A stretch of DNA of 64,000 nt from an archaeon (GTDB lineage Archaea; Nanobdellota; Nanobdellia; SCGC-AAA011-G17; PNOQ01): contig JABHIB010000001.1 of the NCBI GenBank assembly GCA_018671245.1, forward strand, positions 31,888 to 95,887, written 5' to 3'. Shown here piece after piece: positions 55,928 through 64,000 of the stretch; position 1 is the stretch's first letter, and every line of letters begins with the position of its first letter. The notes beneath the pieces are model-generated. The model had not been told where the DNA came from and made no database searches. It was given only the letters and a program-made list of their open reading frames with translations. The position numbers and the translations under genes are program-made.

Positions 55928-58525
55928 ATGAGAGTCAATTATTCTAAAAAATCGGTGAATCAAGCAATAACTTTACTAAATTCTAAATCTAAGGGAATCT
56001 CACAACAAGAAGCAAAAGAAAGACTTGCACACTATGGAAAAAACGAGATAAAAACAACAAAAGAGATATCAAGATTGGGACTGATTTTGGATCAAATAAA
56101 AAATCCGTTAATATATATACTATTAATTGCAATACTAGTTTCACTTTTTCTAAAGAGTTTCCTAGATGCTGCAGTAATCTCTATTATTATAATCCTAAAC
56201 ACTATGTTTGGATATTACCAGGAGTTTAAATCAGAAAAGGCATTGCTATCTCTTAAGAAATTAGAGGTTCCAAATGCAAAAGTAATGAGGGGAGGAATAA
56301 TAAAATCAATACCTTCAACTAGATTAGTACCTGGAGACATAATAATCCTAGAGACTGGAGACAAGATACCTGCAGATGCAAGGATAATAGAATCTTTTTC
56401 TTTAAAGGTAAATGAATCTGTTTTGACTGGAGAATCAAAAGCTGTAGAAAAATCAGTAAAACAATTAGACAAAGATCTTCAGATAGCAGACCAATCAAAT
56501 ATGATTTTTTCTGGAACTATAGTATCCTATGGGAGAGGTAAGGCAGTTGTATCTGGAACAGGATACAAAACAGAATTCGGAAAAATCGCACATGAATTAG
56601 AATCAATAAATGAAGAAGAGACTCCAATAAAAAAGAAAATGTCAAAGTTTGGAAAAAATTTAGGTATGATAGTTTTAGGAGTTATATTCATAGTTTTAGT
56701 TCTTGGATTAATAAAAGGGATGCCCCTTTCAGAGATATTCATGACTTCTTTAAGTTTAGCAGTTTCAGCAATACCAGAAGGATTGCCTGCAGTAATCACA
56801 ATCTGTTTAGCGTTAGGAATACAGCGTATGATCAAAGATAAGGCATTGGTGCGAAGATTGGCAGCAGTAGAAACACTTGGTGCAACTACAGTAATCTGCT
56901 CAGATAAAACTGGTACAATGACTAGTGGTGAAATGACTATAACTAAGATTTATGCAAATAAAAAAGTAATAACTGTAACAGGTTCTGGATATAAGACAGA
57001 AGGAAATTTTCTGTATAATCGAAACGAAATAAACAAAAAAGAGATAAATAAATTATTAGAAACTGGGATGCTTTGTAATGATTCACAATTAAAGAATAAG
57101 AATTTTATTGGGGATCCTACTGAAATAGCATTTCTAGTAGCAGCAAAAAAGGCAGAAATCAACTCCGAATTCAGGAGAGTAGATGAAGTACCTTTTGATT
57201 CATCAAAGAAGTATATGGCCTCTATAGACCGGTCAGGAAGCAAGACTTATACACACATGAAAGGTGCTCCAGAAATAGTTCTAGATAAATGTAAGTATAT
57301 TTATGATAGGGGTGGAATAAAACTTCTAAGTGAGAGAGATAAGAAAAATATTTTGGCAAAAAATGAAGAATTCGCAAAATCTGCACTAAGAGTTTTAGGA
57401 TTAGCATATTCAAAATCAAAAAGTCAGAAAGACATGGTATTTTTAGGTCTAGTAGGCATAGAAGACTTGCCTAGAGATGAGGTGAAAGGTGCTCTGAAAT
57501 TATGTAAAAAGGCAGGAATAAGGGTTATCATGATTACAGGAGATAACAAAATAACTGCCGAAGCCGTTGCAAAACAATTAAATTTAAACACAACTAGTTT
57601 AGAAGGAAAAGATCTAGATAATTTATCAAAAGAACAATTAGCAAAGAAAATCAAAGATATAGGGATATTTGCAAGAGTAAACCCTGAACACAAAGTTAGA
57701 ATTCTTGAAGCATTACAATATAATGGCGAGATAGTTGCAATGACTGGAGATGGAATAAATGATGCTCCTGCACTAAAGAAGGCAGACGTAGGAATTGCAA
57801 TGGGTAAATCTGGTACAGATGTTACAAGAGAGACTTCAGATATAATTTTATTAGATGATAATTTTGCAACAATAGTTGATGCAGTAAAAGAAGGAAGAAC
57901 CATATTTGACAACATAAAAAAATTCATTAAATACCTACTCTCTGCAAATTTTGATGAAATGGGAGTAATCTTGGCATCAATGTTTATGGGGTTGCCTCTT
58001 CCACTTTTGCCACTCCAGATATTATGGATAAATTTAGTAACAGATAGTTTGCCAGCATTAGCTCTGGGTGTTGATCCAAGTGAAGAAGGGATTATGGATA
58101 GAAAACCAAGAAATCCAAAAGATGGAATCCTAAAGGGGACAAAAACTTTCTTAATCTTGGCTGGAATTTTGGGTGCAATAGCGACATTAAGTTTATTTTC
58201 ACTAGAGTATTTACAAACTGGAGATATAGATAAAGCAAGAACTATTGCTTTGACAACTTCTGTAGTCTTCGAGTTATTATTAGTATTTAGTTGTAGATCA
58301 GAAACCAAGAACATATTCCAAGTAGGATTCTTAACAAATAAGTACCTAATAGGGGCAGTACTAATAGCATTCTCCCTACAATTACTAGTTATTTATTCTC
58401 CACTTGCTGTGGCTTTCAAATTAGTTCCACTCGGACTTTTTGATTGGGCAAAAATAGTTGGTGTAACAGTTATTGGTGTAGGGATAATGGAAATAAGAAA
58501 ATTCTTTTTACCAAAAACAATATAA
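55928..58525 (+). CDS. cation-transporting P-type ATPase, type IIA (Ca2+/SERCA-like)
   Basis: 865 aa. TGES, DKTGTMT, TGDN, GDGINDAPAL. 10-TM topology with the PEGLP TM4 motif. Confidence 0.8.
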   Translation: MRVNYSKKSVNQAITLLNSKSKGISQQEAKERLAHYGKNEIKTTKEISRLGLILDQIKNPLIYILLIAILVSLFLKSFLDAAVISIIIILNTMFGYYQEFKSEKALLSLKKLEVPNAKVMRGGIIKSIPSTRLVPGDIIILETGDKIPADARIIESFSLKVNESVLTGESKAVEKSVKQLDKDLQIADQSNMIFSGTIVSYGRGKAVVSGTGYKTEFGKIAHELESINEEETPIKKKMSKFGKNLGMIVLGVIFIVLVLGLIKGMPLSEIFMTSLSLAVSAIPEGLPAVITICLALGIQRMIKDKALVRRLAAVETLGATTVICSDKTGTMTSGEMTITKIYANKKVITVTGSGYKTEGNFLYNRNEINKKEINKLLETGMLCNDSQLKNKNFIGDPTEIAFLVAAKKAEINSEFRRVDEVPFDSSKKYMASIDRSGSKTYTHMKGAPEIVLDKCKYIYDRGGIKLLSERDKKNILAKNEEFAKSALRVLGLAYSKSKSQKDMVFLGLVGIEDLPRDEVKGALKLCKKAGIRVIMITGDNKITAEAVAKQLNLNTTSLEGKDLDNLSKEQLAKKIKDIGIFARVNPEHKVRILEALQYNGEIVAMTGDGINDAPALKKADVGIAMGKSGTDVTRETSDIILLDDNFATIVDAVKEGRTIFDNIKKFIKYLLSANFDEMGVILASMFMGLPLPLLPLQILWINLVTDSLPALALGVDPSEEGIMDRKPRNPKDGILKGTKTFLILAGILGAIATLSLFSLEYLQTGDIDKARTIALTTSVVFELLLVFSCRSETKNIFQVGFLTNKYLIGAVLIAFSLQLLVIYSPLAVAFKLVPLGLFDWAKIVGVTVIGVGIMEIRKFFLPKTI

Positions 58526-58549
58526 ATAAAAAGTTCCAATTTATCAGAT

Positions 58550-59680
58550 ATGATAAATAAAGGTTTTCCAAAGGCAATAGCAACTTTATGTGGAACTGTG
58601 ATCGGTGCAGGAGTTTTAGGATTACCCTATGTATTTCAAAAAGCAGGATTTCTAACAGGAGTTTTAGATATAATTGTATTAGGTCTAGCAGTAATGATGT
58701 TAAATTTATTCATAGGAGAGATAGTTCTCCGAACTCCAGGGAATCATCAACTTCCAGGTTATGCTAATATTTATTTAGGAAAATGGGGCAAGTCAATAAT
58801 GATGGCCTCTCTACTTTTTGGAGTCTATGGTGCACTAATAGCTTATATAATTGGAGAAGGTAGGGCACTATCTGCAATATTTGGTGGATCTCCTATGTTA
58901 TTTTCTCTAATTTTCTTTGCAATAGTTTCAATATTAGTATTTATAGGATTAAAAGCAATAACAAAATCCGAATTAATTTTTGCTTCCAGCGTATTGGTAC
59001 TAATCTTAGTGATGGGACTATTCGCAATACTCAAAGGTGATTTCAATATAGGTAACCTTGCTGAGTTTAATTTAATGAAACTTGCAATACCATACGGAGT
59101 AGTTTTATTTTCATTTGTTGGAGGGGTAGCAGTTCCTGAGATGAAAGAATGTTTAATATATAAAAAACATAAATTAAAGAAAGCAGTAATTATTGGATCT
59201 TTAATACCTTTAGCTGCATATATAATTTTTGCAGCAATAACTATTGGGATAACTGGAGCAAATACTACAGAAATATCAACAATTGGGCTAGGACAAGCCT
59301 TAGGAAAAGAAATGATTATTTTCGGGAACTTATTTGCGGCATTAGCAATGTTTACATCATCACTAACTCTAGCATTAGCAATGAAAGAGATTTATCATTT
59401 TGATTTTAAAATTCAAAAAACTATTGCATGGGTTTTAACTATGACTATTCCTCTACTTATTTTTTTAAGTGGTGCAAAAAGCTTCATAAATGTAATAGGG
59501 ATGACTGGAGCATTTGCCGGAGGAATAGATGGCATTCTAATAGTATTAATATTTTGGAAAGCAAGAAAAAAGAAGTTAAGAGTTCCAGAATATAATTTAG
59601 GTAGGAACACTTTAATTGGTGCATTATTAATCTTAATCTTTACACTAGGGATATTATATCAATTATTCAATCTATTCTGA
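58550..59680 (+). CDS. amino-acid transporter (APC/Aa_trans superfamily, TyrP/Mtr-like)
   Basis: 376 aa, about 11 TM helices, glycine-rich N-terminal helix typical of amino-acid permeases. Confidence 0.45.
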   Translation: MINKGFPKAIATLCGTVIGAGVLGLPYVFQKAGFLTGVLDIIVLGLAVMMLNLFIGEIVLRTPGNHQLPGYANIYLGKWGKSIMMASLLFGVYGALIAYIIGEGRALSAIFGGSPMLFSLIFFAIVSILVFIGLKAITKSELIFASSVLVLILVMGLFAILKGDFNIGNLAEFNLMKLAIPYGVVLFSFVGGVAVPEMKECLIYKKHKLKKAVIIGSLIPLAAYIIFAAITIGITGANTTEISTIGLGQALGKEMIIFGNLFAALAMFTSSLTLALAMKEIYHFDFKIQKTIAWVLTMTIPLLIFLSGAKSFINVIGMTGAFAGGIDGILIVLIFWKARKKKLRVPEYNLGRNTLIGALLILIFTLGILYQLFNLF

Positions 59681-60655
59681 AATCTCATTCGCATAATTTT
59701 CACTCATAATTTCTTTGATTTTTTCTAGATTATCTGAATGTCCAATTGCATACATAAGTTTTGTTACAGCCATTTCATTTGTCATATCTTTTGCAGAGAT
59801 AGCACCCTTTTTCATAAGTTTAAATCCTGCTTCATAAGCTGCATCAACTTTACCTTTAAGGCATTGAGATCCAAGAACCAAAGGGATATTCTTATCAAGA
59901 ACTTCTTCGAATTTATCTAAGAATCTTAGAGGAAAATTTCCGTCACCATATCCTCCAATAACAATCCCCTTATATCCTAATTCAAGAACTTTATCAATTA
60001 TATCAGTTTTCATTCCTGGAGTTAAATACATATAATAAACTTCATCACTTATTTTTGTATCTTTTTCATAAACAAGGTCTTCAAGAGAAGAGTTATAATC
60101 TACATCTTTATTGAACTCTCCTTTCTTAAATTCTCCAACAAGTGAAGAGTTGATATTTTCAAAAGCATTCACACTACTAGGGTTAACTTTAGAGATTCTG
60201 CTACCTTGGTAAACTTTACTATCAAACACACAATAAATTCCATTATATTCTTCAGTTGCAAATTTAACTGCATTTATCATATTGCCAATAGCATCACTAC
60301 CTTCCTCTCCGATACCTTTCATTGCACCAGTTATTACAATCGGTTTATCAATACCTTTCAACATTAAAGAAAGTGCTGAAGAAGTATAAGACATAGTATC
60401 TGTTCCATGAAGAACAACAATCCCATCATAAGAATCCTTATTTTTATCAATAGAATCTGCGATTTCAATCCATCTCTCTGGAACCATATCTGAAGAATCT
60501 ATATTCATAATCAATTTTCCTTCCAAGTTAGCTATATCTTTAAGCTCTGGAATTAAATCAATCATTTCTTGAGGTTTGTAAGCAGGTCTAAGTCCTTCGT
60601 CTGTTTTTACAGAAGCTATAGTGCCTCCAGTTGCAAGGATAAGTATGTTTTTCAT
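59672..60655 (-). CDS. L-asparaginase (type I)
   Basis: 327 aa. ILILATGGTIAS threonine active-site motif. Size matches archaeal type I asparaginase rather than GatD. Confidence 0.65.
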   Translation of the reverse strand: MKNILILATGGTIASVKTDEGLRPAYKPQEMIDLIPELKDIANLEGKLIMNIDSSDMVPERWIEIADSIDKNKDSYDGIVVLHGTDTMSYTSSALSLMLKGIDKPIVITGAMKGIGEEGSDAIGNMINAVKFATEEYNGIYCVFDSKVYQGSRISKVNPSSVNAFENINSSLVGEFKKGEFNKDVDYNSSLEDLVYEKDTKISDEVYYMYLTPGMKTDIIDKVLELGYKGIVIGGYGDGNFPLRFLDKFEEVLDKNIPLVLGSQCLKGKVDAAYEAGFKLMKKGAISAKDMTNEMAVTKLMYAIGHSDNLEKIKEIMSENYANEISE

Positions 60656-60706
60656 TGTAAAATAAATTTAAAATAAGAGGTTTAAAAGGTTATCTTTTAT
60701 CTAAAA

Positions 60707-62119
60707 TTAACTCAAAATTCGTTTCATAGCATCTTTAACTATGACTGGATTTGCTTTTCCTTTAGTCTCTCTCATAACCATTCCAACTAAGAAATTAAAT
60801 GATTTTTCTTCTCCACCCTTATAATCTTCTACGGCCTTTTCATTTTGAGAAACAATCTTCTTACAGATATCCTCTAACTCAATCTCAGAAGTAATTTGCG
60901 CAAGTTCATTCTTTTCGACATAATCCTTCGGAGAAAAAGGTTTGTCTATTAACATCTCAATAAGCTTCTTACCTGTTGCTTCAGTAATGGTCTTTGTTTC
61001 AATAAGGCTTAATAATTCAATAATATGGGATTCATCAATTTTAATATCCTGAAGTGTTTTTTTATTATAATTCAGAACTCTCAATAATTCTCTTCTCAAC
61101 CATCTACCTGCTAATATTGGATCAATCTCCTTAACTACTTTTTCAAATAGTTCTCCAAGTTCGAGTTCCATTGCCATGACTTTAGCATCAACTTTATCGA
61201 TTTTATACTCTTTAATGAATCTTTTAGCTTTTTTATGTGCAAGTTCCGGAATCTCTTTTTTCAAAATTCCGATTAATTCTTCATTAACATCTATTTTAAC
61301 AAGATCCGGTTCAATGATATATCCATATCCTTCTTCTGTTTCTTTTTTTCTTAAGGAATAAGTCTCTCTATCTTTAGCATCCCATCCTCTAGTCTCAATT
61401 ACAATTTCTGTTCCTTCTTTGACAAGTTCTTTCTGCCTTTCTAACTCATATTCTAATGCTCTTTCAATCTCTTTAAATCCAGTAATATTTTTCACTTCAA
61501 CTCTTCTATATCCGCTTCCTTTTATAGAAATATTCGCATCGGCTTTTATTATTCCAGATTTCATATCAAATATTTTCAGATAATTTAGGACACTGATTAA
61601 TTTGTTTAGAAATTCTCTAGCTTCATCAGGGGTTGTTAGTTCAGGTTCTGTGACTATCTCAACTAATGGATTTCCAGACCTATTATAATCTATTAAACTA
61701 TAATCTGAATTCTTAGCAGATTTTGGATAAGTTATGGATGCAGGGTCTTCTTCAATATGGATCCTTGTCAGATTGATTTTCTTTCCACTTTCTAATTCGA
61801 TTGCTCCCCCAACAGATAGAGGTTCCTCGTACTGACTAATTTGAAAGTTTTTCGACATATCTGGATAGAAATAACTTTTTCTAGAGAATATGACTTCAGG
61901 AGTTAGTGTAGAATCGGTAGCTAAACAAAGTTTGATTGCATAATCTAATGCCTTCTTATTCAATACAGGTCTTGCTCCAGGATGTCCTAGACAAATTGGG
62001 CATACTCTAGTATTTGGTTTATCATTCCCACTAGTTCTGCATCCACAAAATAATTTTGTGTTTGTATCTAGTTCAACATGAATTTCTAATCCAATAACCA
62101 CATCAGATTTAAATTTCAC
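60707..62119 (-). CDS. gatB: Asp/Glu-tRNA amidotransferase subunit B
   Basis: 470 aa. IGLEIHVELDTNTKLFCGC N-terminus, C-terminal YqeY-like tail. Confidence 0.85.
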   Translation of the reverse strand: MKFKSDVVIGLEIHVELDTNTKLFCGCRTSGNDKPNTRVCPICLGHPGARPVLNKKALDYAIKLCLATDSTLTPEVIFSRKSYFYPDMSKNFQISQYEEPLSVGGAIELESGKKINLTRIHIEEDPASITYPKSAKNSDYSLIDYNRSGNPLVEIVTEPELTTPDEAREFLNKLISVLNYLKIFDMKSGIIKADANISIKGSGYRRVEVKNITGFKEIERALEYELERQKELVKEGTEIVIETRGWDAKDRETYSLRKKETEEGYGYIIEPDLVKIDVNEELIGILKKEIPELAHKKAKRFIKEYKIDKVDAKVMAMELELGELFEKVVKEIDPILAGRWLRRELLRVLNYNKKTLQDIKIDESHIIELLSLIETKTITEATGKKLIEMLIDKPFSPKDYVEKNELAQITSEIELEDICKKIVSQNEKAVEDYKGGEEKSFNFLVGMVMRETKGKANPVIVKDAMKRILS

Positions 62120-63531
62120 CTTAACTCCTCGATTCTTTTTAATAATCTATAAATTTTATCTTCTTGTAGGTGATCTGCCATAACCATCATTCCAATAGGC
62201 AAGTCTCCTTTATGGATTGGCATACTTGCATGAGGTATTCCTGCCAAGTTTGGACCAACAGTTAGAATATCCATTGTATAAGCTTCCAATGCACTCATTT
62301 TTTTAATATCTGAAAATTTAGGAGGAACAATTGGCATTGTCGGCGAGATCAATAAATCATATTTCTCAAATTGGTTCTTATACTCTTCTATAATCTTTGT
62401 TCTAGCTTTAGTAGCTTTGATGTAATATGCATCTCTAAATCCTGCCATTCTAGTAAATGTTCCCAACATGATTCTTCTTTTACTTTCTGTATTGAAATTT
62501 TTACTTCTAATCTCTGAAAAATAATCATCAAAGTATTTCCCTTTTTTATTTTCTTCAACACCATATCTCAATCCAGAAAATCTAGATAGGTTAGTAGAAG
62601 ATTCACTTGTAGCAAGGATATAATATGTTGCTATACCATATTTAAAAGTTAAAGGTAAAGAAATCTCATCAATCTCAAAACCATCTTTCTTTAAGGTTTC
62701 AACCATATCATTAAATGATTCTTTCACTTCTTGAGAAGTTCCTTCAGAAAGTCCATCTTTAATTATAGCAATCTTTAATTTTTTAGAATCTTCTTTCATA
62801 GATTTAACATAATCTTTTTTATCAACTTTCAATGAAGTCCCGTCTTTATTATCGTGACCTGCAATAACACTCATGACTCTTGCATTATCTTCAACAGTTT
62901 TAGTCATAACTCCTATTTTATCAAATGAATCTGCATATGAGATTAATCCCCATCTGCTAACTAATCCATAAGTCGGACAAAATCCTACAACTCCACAAAA
63001 TGCTGAAGGGCACTCAATAGACCCTCCGGTACTCTCTCCAATAGCAACGTGAACAAAATCTGCTTTCTTAGTTATTCCTCCGGAACCTCCACTAGATCCT
63101 CCGCAAGTTCTAGAACTATCTATCGGATTTTTTGGGATATTCTTCCCTACCCCTACATTAACATTAAATCCTCCAAATCCAAAAGCATCACAAGAATCTT
63201 TTCCAACTATTATTGCACCTTCTCTTTTCAATTTCTCAACAACAGTTGCATCAAAAATAGGTTTGTATCCGTCAAGAATTTTAGAATTGGCTGTACTTTC
63301 AACATCTTTAACACATATATTATCTTTTATTGTGAAGATTGTTCCTGCTAATTTACCTTTCTTAGTTTTAGAATCTATTTCTTTAGCTTGAGAGATAGCA
63401 AGATCTTCACACATAGTAGTAATGTAATGATTATCTTTGTTAATTTCTTTGATTCGTTTTATTGCATTTTTAGTATAATCTAAACACTTTACTTTTCCCT
63501 TGGTGATTTCTTTAACCTGGTTATCTATCAT
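62116..63531 (-). CDS. gatA: Asp/Glu-tRNA amidotransferase subunit A (amidase)
   Basis: 471 aa. Amidase signature GGSSGGSGG and Ser-cisSer-Lys triad context. Confidence 0.85.
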   Translation of the reverse strand: MIDNQVKEITKGKVKCLDYTKNAIKRIKEINKDNHYITTMCEDLAISQAKEIDSKTKKGKLAGTIFTIKDNICVKDVESTANSKILDGYKPIFDATVVEKLKREGAIIVGKDSCDAFGFGGFNVNVGVGKNIPKNPIDSSRTCGGSSGGSGGITKKADFVHVAIGESTGGSIECPSAFCGVVGFCPTYGLVSRWGLISYADSFDKIGVMTKTVEDNARVMSVIAGHDNKDGTSLKVDKKDYVKSMKEDSKKLKIAIIKDGLSEGTSQEVKESFNDMVETLKKDGFEIDEISLPLTFKYGIATYYILATSESSTNLSRFSGLRYGVEENKKGKYFDDYFSEIRSKNFNTESKRRIMLGTFTRMAGFRDAYYIKATKARTKIIEEYKNQFEKYDLLISPTMPIVPPKFSDIKKMSALEAYTMDILTVGPNLAGIPHASMPIHKGDLPIGMMVMADHLQEDKIYRLLKRIEELR

Positions 63532-63818
63532 TTTACAGTTCTTGGCCCTATAAAGAAACCATCCTTAGTTTGTTTAGAGAATTTTAATGCTTCTTTTTGG
63601 TCTATGCATTCTACAATCTTATCTTCACGAGTAACATTACTTTCTTCAATTGGTCTAAATGAAGACTTAGTATTATTAACATCTAATTCATTTAAAATTT
63701 CAAAATATTTGAGAACATCTTTAAAATCTGATTCAAACTGCAAAACCTCTTTTTTTGTTAGATTTAATCTTGCTAATTTTGCAATATCTTTTATCAAGTT
63801 TTGATCTATTTTAGGCAT
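63528..63818 (-). CDS. gatC: Asp/Glu-tRNA amidotransferase subunit C
   Basis: 96 aa. IKDIAKLARLNLTKKEV GatC N-terminus. Translationally coupled to gatA. Confidence 0.6.
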   Translation of the reverse strand: MPKIDQNLIKDIAKLARLNLTKKEVLQFESDFKDVLKYFEILNELDVNNTKSSFRPIEESNVTREDKIVECIDQKEALKFSKQTKDGFFIGPRTVK

Positions 63819-63844
63819 TATTTACACCACGAATGAATAAAAAG

Positions 63845-63917
63845 CGGCTCCGGGCAGACTCGAACTGCCGACCTTCCGGTTAACAGCCGGACGCTCCACC
63901 TGCTAAGCTACGGAGCC
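63845..63917 (-). tRNA. tRNA-Asn (anticodon GTT)
   Basis: Hand fold: acceptor GGCTCCG/CGGAGCC, anticodon stem TCCGG/CCGGA with loop CTGTTAA, T-arm GGCAG-TTCGAGT-CTGCC. Confidence 0.8.
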
Positions 63918-64000
63918 ACATTGTAGATTTTTAGAGAAACTGTTCACTTATAAATTTTTCTTATCTAAGTTTATCCCTAATTCTTTTAATTGATAGTCTT

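Noticed and set aside
59672-60655. Possibility that the asparaginase-domain gene is GatD
   Set aside because: GatD carries an extra N-terminal domain (about 420-440 aa) and partners with GatE. This ORF is 327 aa, and gatA/gatB/gatC are all present, so a plain type I L-asparaginase is more parsimonious.
1-64000. Search for CRISPR arrays, IS elements/transposases, integrases, rRNA and toxin-antitoxin pairs
   Set aside because: By eye there are no regularly spaced direct repeats, no DDE/tyrosine-recombinase motifs and no rRNA-like conserved stretches. The only tandem repeat is the coding 12-bp EEPK repeat.

Overview
AT-rich (roughly 30% GC), gene-dense archaeal chromosome segment. Signature genes are r-proteins L11, L1, P0/L10, P1/L12, L37ae, L40e and L15e, aIF5A, Spt5, SecE, RpoP, TFE, Orc1/Cdc6, archaeal-type GlyRS and ProRS, FtsZ plus SepF, and ZPR1. 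The many bacterial-like accessory genes (gatCAB, a bacterial-type short AlaRS, PlsC-like acyltransferases, PP2C phosphatase) fit a small-genome DPANN-type archaeon. Five tRNA genes were identified by hand folding: Pro-TGG, Cys-GCA, Arg-TCT, Arg-TCG and Asn-GTT, all on the minus strand. No rRNA, CRISPR array, transposase or integrase was seen. The most notable loci are: (i) a 10-gene co-directional minus-strand redox and copper stress array (1.8-9.8 kb) containing an unusual HMA + DsbD_2-like permease + cupredoxin fusion and a membrane-anchored wHTH protein; (ii) a cell-surface locus (32.6-36.6 kb) with an archaeosortase-like membrane protein, a PAP2 phosphatase and a 667-aa Asp-rich cadherin-like surface protein ending in a TM + RR sorting-type tail; (iii) two tandem acyltransferase paralogs sharing a conserved 5' element, with an ATG-to-ACG change at the ancestral start of one copy; (iv) an HTH + Cys-cluster regulator, DUF1858, NifS, NifU module; (v) asparaginase, gatB, gatA, gatC and tRNA-Asn. 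All functional calls rest on motifs read by eye and on family knowledge; no database searches were run.
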